DNA of 64,000 nucleotides from Eledone cirrhosa (taxonomy: Eukaryota): assembly GCA_964016885.1 (NCBI GenBank), contig OZ024762.1, forward strand, positions 26,722,001-26,786,000, read 5' to 3'. Within the stretch, counting starts at the first letter, position 1; every line of letters begins with the position of its first letter. A program made the position numbers and the translations under genes. Shown one piece after another: positions 55,115 to 64,000 of the stretch. Below the pieces are notes generated by a model. It had not been told where the DNA came from. It was given only the letters and a program-made list of their open reading frames with translations, and searched no databases.

Positions 55115-56831
55115 GTTATCTATCCATTACTGGACAAGATATAAGTTATGGAAAAATGTATAGCTGTTTACATGTCCAAATAGTTATATCATTTGTGTAA
55201 TAATATACATTATTGTGTTAAAAGTTAATCCTTTATATACAATGCTATTAATTTCAATATTTAATTATGAATGTATATATAATTTTATTATCATTATATT
55301 GTGTTAAAAGTAAATCCCTTATATACAATGCTATTAATTTCAATATTTAATTATAAATGTATATATAATTTATTATTACATATTACATTAAATGTCTCTA
55401 CATATTATATATCCATTACTGTATATAATATAATTAAGTTATAGTAGTTATATTAAAAGGTGGTAACTTTATGTTTATTTCTAATAGTTATTGTAGAGTA
55501 TAAGGTTAGAGATAAATAGGAGTTATGTAGAGGAAAGAGCTGATCAAAGAGTGTATTGCGGTGGGGGTTGATAAGTCCTGGAGGTGAAGTGTTAATGGTG
55601 GTGAGGAATTCAAACCTGACATTGCTATATACTAGCAGCTAGGTTTAAAGTTATGGAACGAGTATCGGTAATGGTGCTGGCATGAGGAAAATACCTCTGA
55701 TTTTCTAATTAGGAGGTCTAGTTTCGAAAAGATTATAGTATGGGTCTCTAGAAGACAGAGGTTACACAATTTATTCGTTGGTTTATACGATGTGGCCCTA
55801 CCTACTACTTCCCATTTAAGTGTAAATGGTCTATTCCTAGGTTTCAGAGAGTGTACGTAGCTAGATAAAGAAGTGGAGTTGGCTACATTGTGTTTTTTGA
55901 AAGAGTGGAGGGGCGAGTTGTATCTCGTCTTGAAGCAGTTCGAATTAGAGCCAATATAAGTTTTAGAAGAGTTGTTCGCGTTGACCGTGCGTGAGTAAAT
56001 GATGTCTTTGATTAAGCAATTATTACCTAAGGGCAAGTTCTATTAGTTCTACAGATACATTTATTCTGGATGTTTGCTTGCCGGTTACTATGTTGTGTAG
56101 AAGTCTGGTTGATAGGGATAGCATTAGGTTAATGATGGTTGTCATTCCTATTGTTATTGATTTCATTAGTATGTACCATTATTACTATGGACTCATTCTT
56201 TCTCAATGCTTCTTTCTCAATGCCTCTTTAATTATTAGACTATTGCATTGTATTATCTGTCGTATGTATTCCACTCTGAGCTTTTAATTTGAATTTGAAT
56301 TTTTGTACAATTCTCGTATAAAAGATGTCGCATTCATTACACCCTGTAAATACGAAACTGTTGCTCACAACATCAATATATATGTATCTATATGATTGTT
56401 CAGTTGAATAGGAGGTTAATTATATGTACAGACATTGATAATGGTCCCTTGACACCAAGCTAAAGTTTGGAAGAAACGATTGTCAGCAATTAAATGATTT
56501 GAACATAACTTTGTTAATTAGTGTAATCTATATTTATATATATAATATATATATATAATACATATATAACATATAAGATATATATTTATATATATATATA
56601 TATAACATATAATATATATATATATATATATATGTATAACATATATATATATATATATATAACATATATATACATATTATTGTATAACATATATATATAA
56701 ATGTATTATATATATATACATATAACATATATATATATAACATATATATATATATATAACACACATATATATATATAACATATATATATATATATAACAC
56801 ATATATATATATAACATATATATATATATAT

Positions 56832-56872
<41 letters not shown>

Positions 56873-56998
56873 CATATGTATATATAACATATATATATAT
56901 ATAACATATATATATATAATATATATATATATATATAACACATATATATATATAATATATATGTATATATAACATATATATATAATATAATATAATAT

Positions 56999-57040
<42 letters not shown>

Positions 57041-57047
57041 TATGTAT

Positions 57048-57129
<82 letters not shown>

Positions 57130-57133
<4 letters not shown>

Positions 57134-57495
57134 ATTAAATAAATGGAAACTATATTTATAAAACCATATTTATTTCATTATATATATTTCGGGGATATCA
57201 TATTAACAATATGCTATGCCTTCCTCAGACAAAATACAATATAAACAGTTTTATAGATAAATAGATTCGACATACCGTTATAACACCGACTTCCATTTGA
57301 CGAGGTTTAAACTGGCAGTCTTATCATATTGTTAATATGATATCCCCGAAATATATATAATGAAATAAATATGGTTTTATAAATATAGTTTCCATTTATT
57401 TAATATTGTAAATATACTCCAAATATTTGTCGAGTGCTTTTATATCAGTTATAAATATTTACTAGTTGTAACCCAACAATTTTAAATATAACTTT

Positions 57496-57500
<5 letters not shown>
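57130..57500. mobile_element. Fold-back PLE pLTR remnant in (TA)n
   Basis: About 85-bp inverted arms (57129-57213 / 57326-57410). A second, smaller fold-back of the same family lies at 57660-57940. Confidence 0.8.
57171..57236 (-). ncRNA. Type I hammerhead
   Basis: Minus strand: tattttgt-CTGAGGA-aggcatagcatatt-gtt-aatatgatatcccc-GAAA-tatata-TA-atgaaata. Confidence 0.78.
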
Positions 57501-57575
<75 letters not shown>

Positions 57576-58154
57576 CACATATATATAATATATATGTATA
57601 TATAACATATATATATAATATATATATAACATATATATAATCATATATATATATAACATACAATATATTAACAAATGGAACTATATTTATAAAACCATAT
57701 TTATTTCAGTATACATATTTCAAGGGCCACCGGAGCAAACACTTGAAATATGTATACTGTATACTCTTGAAATATGTATATGTATACTCTTGAAATATGT
57801 ATACTGAAATAAATATGGTTTTATAAATATAGTTCCGTTTGTTAATATATTGTATATTTACTCCAATAATTTGTTGAGTGCTTTATATCAGTCATAAAAA
57901 TATTTTGCTTGTTGTATCCCAACAAATTAAATATAACCTCTACATATATATAACATATAGATATAACATATATATATATAACATAAATATATATATAACA
58001 TATATATATATATAACATATATATATATAACATATATATATATATAACATATATATTTACATATATATAACATATAATATGTATATATATATATAACATA
58101 TAATATATATATATATAACATAATATATATATAACATATAATATATATATATAT

Positions 58155-58204
<50 letters not shown>

Positions 58205-58221
58205 ATATATATATATATATA

Positions 58222-58660
58222 TAAACGGAAAAAAATGAAACGAAAATTAATTTCCCACTCTTAGTACGGCTGTTACTTAAATATAAGTATGTACACGTAC
58301 GATCATATATGTATACAGACATACAGTAGTATGTATATATATATACATACATGCACACATATATATATGCACACATATACATGCACACATATATATATGC
58401 ACACACATATATATATATGACGACAGCTAATAAGCTTGAAACTAGTACAGCGTTCCTCTGTCAGTGTTGAACAAACGAGCAACGATGGTTGCTGGACACT
58501 ACGGCTTAATACGGGATGTTTGTTTACAAACACACCGAGCAATATACTAGATGTTCGGTGAATCCATACGTACATATATATATGTGTGCATGTATGTATA
58601 TATATATACATACTACTGTACGTCTGTATACATATATGTATGTACGTGTACATACTTATA
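58222..58660. mobile_element. Retrozyme-like family fold-back copy
   Basis: Minus arm 58222-58410. The plus arm starts inside the HHR core (TGACGA at 58418). Confidence 0.78.
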
Positions 58661-58701
58661 TATACATATATATATATATAACATATATTTATATGTATAA
58701 C

Positions 58702-58733
<32 letters not shown>

Positions 58734-58816
58734 ACATATATATATGTATAACATATATATATATAATATATATATAATATATATATAATATATATATATA
58801 AAATATATATAAATGT

Positions 58817-61800
58817 GATAACTTTGATAACTTTGATAGGTTTCGGCCAGTATTGGCCCAGGCCATGTCTAACTTAATAGCACCACCTGGCGAAGTCTTA
58901 CAAATCAGTGTTTGGACACCATGGCCCACTCGAGCAGAGAGTTATTGTTTACGGAGGCATATCCGGGTGTAGGAGGCTTACCGGGATTTCTTGAAGGAAT
59001 TTATCCAAAGTCTTCTTGAACTTGATGGGGTCTGTCTCTGCTTTGATGTGTTTTGGTGTAATGTTAAAGAGTGCAGGGCCAATTGAGGTGAAATAATTGT
59101 GCCGTATTTTTGTTATGTGATGCGAGTGTGATTTTTGTCGTGGGCGGATAGCACGGAGCCCAAGCCTTCGGTGTAAACTAAGGGTGATGCCAACATCATT
59201 TGGGCTAAGCTGATGGAATATTTTTCACATCATACAGATAATGTAGCGCTCACGGCGACGTGGAAGAGAATAAAGTTTGAGCTTTTCTAATCGACTCCAA
59301 TAGTCAAGGCTTGTCATGCCATCGATCTTTTTTGTAATTGACCTTTGGGGTGCTTCAACTTTCATGATACTTCGTTTCGTGTGGGGTGACCACAGTAGAC
59401 AACAGTATTCAGGGTGGTGTCGGGCAAAAGTGGAGAAGGGAAGGATAACAGTGTGGATATCTCTCGACTGGAAAGTTCTAAGAATCCAGGAACACATTCT
59501 GCGGGCCATATCAACTTTGCTATTTTTATGAGTGGCCGAGCTCATGTTGTTGTCCACAATTACTCCCAGGTCTCTGATGTTATTGGATGCCACTAGAGTT
59601 TCATCTGAAGGAAGAGAGTATGGTAGTTTCAGGGCATCCTTTTTTACAAAGTGGATTAATTCAAATTTATCTTCATTCAACAGCATATTATTCATTTCTG
59701 ACCATTGGATAACAGCCAGTAGGTCTGACTGAAGGCATGTTCGGTCACCCACCTCATTGATGGCCCTTTGGAGCTTGGAATCGTCTGCCAAGATTCTGAT
59801 GTTGCTGTGCTTGATGATATCAGTAATGTCATTAATGTAGATGATGAAAAGAAGTGGACCAAACACAGTGCTTTGTGGGACGCCACTGCTGATTTTGGCA
59901 GGGCTTGATTTTACTCCTTCGACTACAACATGCTGGATTCTGCCTTTCAGGAAACATTTGATCCACTGTAGTAACCTTCCAGAGACACCAACATTGGATT
60001 GATTTTTTCAGTAGAATCTTATGCTCAACCCTGTCGAAGGCCTTGCTGAAGTCAAGGTAGATGACATCAGTGTTGGAGCCCTCTCCCAAGGCTCTCAAAA
60101 CATCGTCAAAGTGATGCAGGAGCTGCGTTAGGCAGTCCCTTCCATTACGGAACCCATGTTGGTTGGAGTTCAGCAGGCCATTGCTTTCAAGAAAGTGGGT
60201 TATTCGTGATACCAACACCCTCTCAAATACCTTGATAATATGAGAGGTGAGTGAGATCGGACGGTAGTTCACTGCAAGGGACTTATTTCCCTTTTTGAAG
60301 ACTTGGACAACGGATTGGGACAGAAAGTTTTCAGGAATATAGCCAGTGTCCAGTGAGGTCCTCCACACATTAGCAAGAGGAGATGCAAGTTGGTTTCGAC
60401 ACACCTTCAGGACACAAGCAGGGAACCTGTCAGGGCCTACCACTGAATTGTGTGTAATTTCGTTTATTGCCGCTAAGACATCTGGGGCGCCAAACGTTAT
60501 GTCTGATATAGTGTGTTGGGGGTTAATATCACTGTTACGGCCCAGATCGGTCATATCAGGGTTACTGAAAACAGAGCAGTATTGTTTCTGCAGTATCTCG
60601 CCCATGGTGTTGGCATTGTCCTGGAGTGTGCCATTTTCATCAACTAGGGGATCATCGTGCATTGCTGGAGGTTATATTTTTTTTACTCAAGCAGTGTGAT
60701 AGCCATTGAATGCGTGTGTTGCTGTTGTCAGTATTTTAGTGTGTTAATTTTTTTGTTTGTACTTTTTATTTTTCTCATAATTGTTTTTCTGTTTTGGGGG
60801 ATACTGCACTTGGTTTTGTTCACAGGTTTTGGTGGGATGTGTTTTGTACATATATTTGTTACAGTGTGTCTACAAAGATCTGCCAAGATGTTTTGATTTT
60901 GGTGGAAGTGTGTGCGTGTGTAAAAGACCAGTCGACATGTGATACTTCGTTCATAATTGCATCCCAGTTGGCATTGTAGAGATCCATGTTATCAAATGGG
61001 TGTGCTGGAGAGAGGACCCTGGGATTAGCTTTCGGCTGGTGGAATCTCAGGTTACAAAGAGCCATGTCATGGTCTGAGAGAAAGGTTTTTCCAGGGTATA
61101 GTGTTAGTGTGATTACTAAACACTTGATCCAGAATGTTCTTCTGATGACTCGTTGGTGCAAGGACAAATTGGGACAAGAAAAATTCATTCATGAAGTCAA
61201 GAAGTGACTCGACAGCCTCTTTGTCAGTGGTTGAGGCTGTGGAGCCTGGTTTCAAACTACATGTAGACCAATCGACACAGGGTAGATTAAAGTCTCCCAT
61301 CAAAAATATGTTGCTAGAATGGTACTGTTTAATAAAACATTTAATACTGTTGAGGCACTCTTTGAAGCAGATTATGGGGGTCTGTGGTGGCCTATAGAGC
61401 CCAACTAATGTCAGGTCATTGGCTTTATTGTGCACAGTGACTGATTCACAGTATCCATTAGAGAATGTTGTGTTGCCATCTGTCGTAAAGGAATCATGCA
61501 GGAAATTGGCAGTTCCACCCTTCCTTCTGCCAACACGATCCGCACGGATGGTTGTGAAATTTCTCACTCTTACTTCGGCCTCCAAGTGGGAGTTGTCAAG
61601 GTGGGTCTCAGTAAGAATGAAGAAGGGGGTGTGAAATGGATGGTTACCAACCCAATCCTCAATGAATTGGATCTTCCATTTCTGTGCATTGATGGATGGG
61701 CTGATACCTTGTGTATTGAGTAAGAATGTGGTGGCTAGTGTGGTGGCTGGTTTTGACGGTTGCAGGGGGCTTGTTTTGTGATTGTGTGTTAGTGACAGCA

Positions 61801-62150
61801 AGGTTGGTGTTGGGTGATGGCTAAAATGTTTTTCTCTATCTCTTTTGCCAGGTTCATGGCAAAAAATGAAAGATGTTTTTTTTGTTCAGGAAACAGTTTT
61901 TGATTGGATTTGTGGTTACAACATTGGATAGGGTTGCAGTTCCCTCTTTTGTTGTTGTTGTTGTATTTGTTGTAATTGTGTCTTTGTGAAAAGACTGGAG
62001 CAGCGTTATTTTTGTTGTTGTTGTATTTGTTGTTGTGATCGTGTCTTTGTGAAAAGATTGGAGCAGCATTACTTTTGTTGTTTTAGTTGTTGTAATCATG
62101 TCTTTGTGAGGAGACTGAAGCAGCATTACCACAGCAGGGGGTGGCTTTAT
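58817..62150 (-). mobile_element. CR1-group LINE with APE endonuclease and RT, frameshifted
   Basis: APE: LTETHL, GLYRPP, MGDFNLP, SDH. RT: NYRPISLTS, QHGFR, YLDFSKAFDRV, GPLLFIIYIND, LADD. Ends in a TATCAAAGT-repeat tail. Confidence 0.93.
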
Positions 62151-62195
62151 TGTGCATTAGTGGTGATGACAATCACTTTTACCATATATGGAATT

Positions 62196-62291
62196 ACCCC
62201 CTGAGAAGCTCGGCTATTCATATACCAGGATAAAAATTTTCATTTAGTCCAGAATTAGCCGTCGAAACGGCTTGAGCTCAGCCGTCGGGGT
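62196..62291 (+). ncRNA. Family A hammerhead (A8 variant core)
   Basis: acccc-CTGAGAA-gctcggcta..tagccgtc-GAAA-cggcttgagctcagccg-TC-ggggt, within the family A repeat at 62160-62385. Confidence 0.65.
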
Positions 62292-62422
62292 CCTACTCGT
62301 TCCTATTACCCACTCTACTACCCTAAGTATTGACTACTTTGGTGCGTTATGGTCCACCTGGTTCCTTACCACATTTCCTTCGTTTTATATATATATATAA
62401 ACGGAAAAATGAAACGAAATTT

Positions 62423-62469
<47 letters not shown>

Positions 62470-62478
62470 CGAAATATA

Positions 62479-62519
<41 letters not shown>

Positions 62520-62528
62520 CGAAATATA

Positions 62529-62583
<55 letters not shown>

Positions 62584-63214
62584 CATATAATATATATATA
62601 TTTGTATAACATATAATATATATTTTATTATATATATATATATATGTATCACATATATATATATATATATAGTTGAGTGCTTATTCGATTTGTGCTATCT
62701 ATGCAATTTGCTGTATGATATACACATACTGAATTCATTTGCCAAAATCTAGGGAATTTTCCTCTCGTGACTTACACATATGCCTTTACAAAGTTCTGCG
62801 TCACTCACAAAGTTGGTTAAAGAGCAAAATACCTGTTGATAACGAGATATTCCTTGTTCGATCTTTATGCTGAAAGTTTATAGTTTTAAACAGACAGTAT
62901 TATTGATTTAGGTGTCATAGAAACCCAGCATTTGGATTTTAACATCAATTCCACTTGGGTCCAGGTTGGTTTATATCATTTCTTTAGTTTGACCTGTATA
63001 GCTTGACTTGTTTTTTGGCTTAGGTGGTTAATGCCTTCTTGACCACTTTTCAGTTTGTATGGAGTTTTAACATATTGTTTAGCTCTAGTTTCTTTTAACT
63101 ATTGGAGCGCTTACCAGCATTTCTACGGATTTGCGTTTCGTTTCGCTTTTTCTACCAACCTAATACGATTCTCGCTGAATATATATTTATATATAATATA
63201 TATATATATGTATA

Positions 63215-64000
63215 ACATTGACGTTAGGAAGGCCTTTCATTCTGTGGAACGTCACTGCCTTATGGAGATCTTACAGGCTTATAGAATCCCCAAGAAGATA
63301 GTGGTCCTGATATCACTGCTCCACACCATCACCAAAGCCCAAGTTATTACACCTGTTGGGATGACAGAGTTCTTTGAGATACTGGCTGGAGTGCTCCAGA
63401 GAGATGCATTGGCTCCCTAACTTTTTATCATCGTAGTGGACTATTGTATTTACCTTGCACTGGAGAAACACCAGGACTCTAGCTTTACTGTAGCACCGGC
63501 TCAGAGCAGTAGAGTTAAGGCGAAAAAGATATCGGACGCTGAATTTGCTGGCGACATAGTTTTGGTGACAAATACAGTGAAGGAGGTAGAGGATTTGATG
63601 CAGGAGGTTGAGACTGTGTCGATGAGTGTGGGGCTGAGAATGAATGAGACTAAAACAAAATATCTGGTAGAGAATGTTGAGAAGCCAGAGGGGATTACTA
63701 ATGTAGGCGGAAAGCCGCTGGAATTAGTTGAGGACTTCCTGTATTTGGGAGCAAAGATTGGGAATGCGGTAGATGATGTCGTTGAGAGGAAGAGCAAAGC
63801 CTGGGCGGCATTCCACAGCATGAGATCGTTGTGGAAGTCGGACCTTCGTGGAGACCTGAAGATCCGCCTCTTCATTGCTGTAGTGGAGTCTGTGCTGCTG
63901 TACGGGTCTGAGACTTAGACACTGACCAAGAAACTAACTCAGATGGTGGATGGGTGCTATACGAGAATGCTGAGGATCGCTTTGAACATTAATCAGTATA
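63215..64000 (+). mobile_element. RTE-clade LINE, RT region, runs off the window
   Basis: IDVRKAFHSV, GVLQRDALAP*LFIIVVDY, EFAGDIVL, VEDFLYLG and ESVLLYGSET*TLT. Confidence 0.9.

Larger units (their letters stand above)
53640..56525 (-). mobile_element. Naiad-type PLE, 5'-truncated, with long 3' UTR, 3' pLTR and inverted 5' pLTR
   Basis: GIY-YIG ORF 55632-56036 (YIGSNSNCFKTRY, CNLCLLE, SEVFSSCQH). 53670-54007 is inverted at 56191-56527. The protein resembles the 12050-15450 element. Confidence 0.9.

Noticed and set aside
58839-58870. GGCC...GGCCGAAAC in the CR1 3' UTR as a hammerhead
   Set aside because: There is no CUGANGA-like core upstream. It fits the usual LINE 3' stem-loop.

Overview
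This is an AT-rich animal genome window. An octopod cephalopod is inferred from the SINE type and the microsatellite landscape; the sequence does not prove it. No host protein-coding gene is recognisable, and nearly all 'YIYIYI' ORFs are translated (TA)n/(CA)n microsatellites. The non-microsatellite DNA is almost entirely nested, decayed transposable elements: at least 8 Penelope-like element (PLE) copies (5 Naiad-type, 3 Neptune/Nematis-type) with pseudo-LTRs and inverted 5' ends, two CR1-group LINEs, RTE and Tx1/L1 fragments, an internally deleted Helitron with both ends intact, a Tc1/mariner remnant and tRNA-derived SINEs. The main hidden signal is RNA. Read by eye, the window holds about 40 type I hammerhead ribozyme (HHR) motifs from more than 10 families. 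The clearest case is a young non-coding tandem array (7345-9978) of 466-496 bp monomers, each with an intact minimal HHR, ending in an inverted copy and flanked by (TA)n. It looks like a non-LTR retrozyme (putative circRNA replicon mobilised by PLEs), and dispersed relatives show pairing-preserving changes in stem I. Several HHR families carry fixed non-canonical cores (U4A, U4C, U3-A8). All coordinates and structures were read manually, and element boundaries are approximate.
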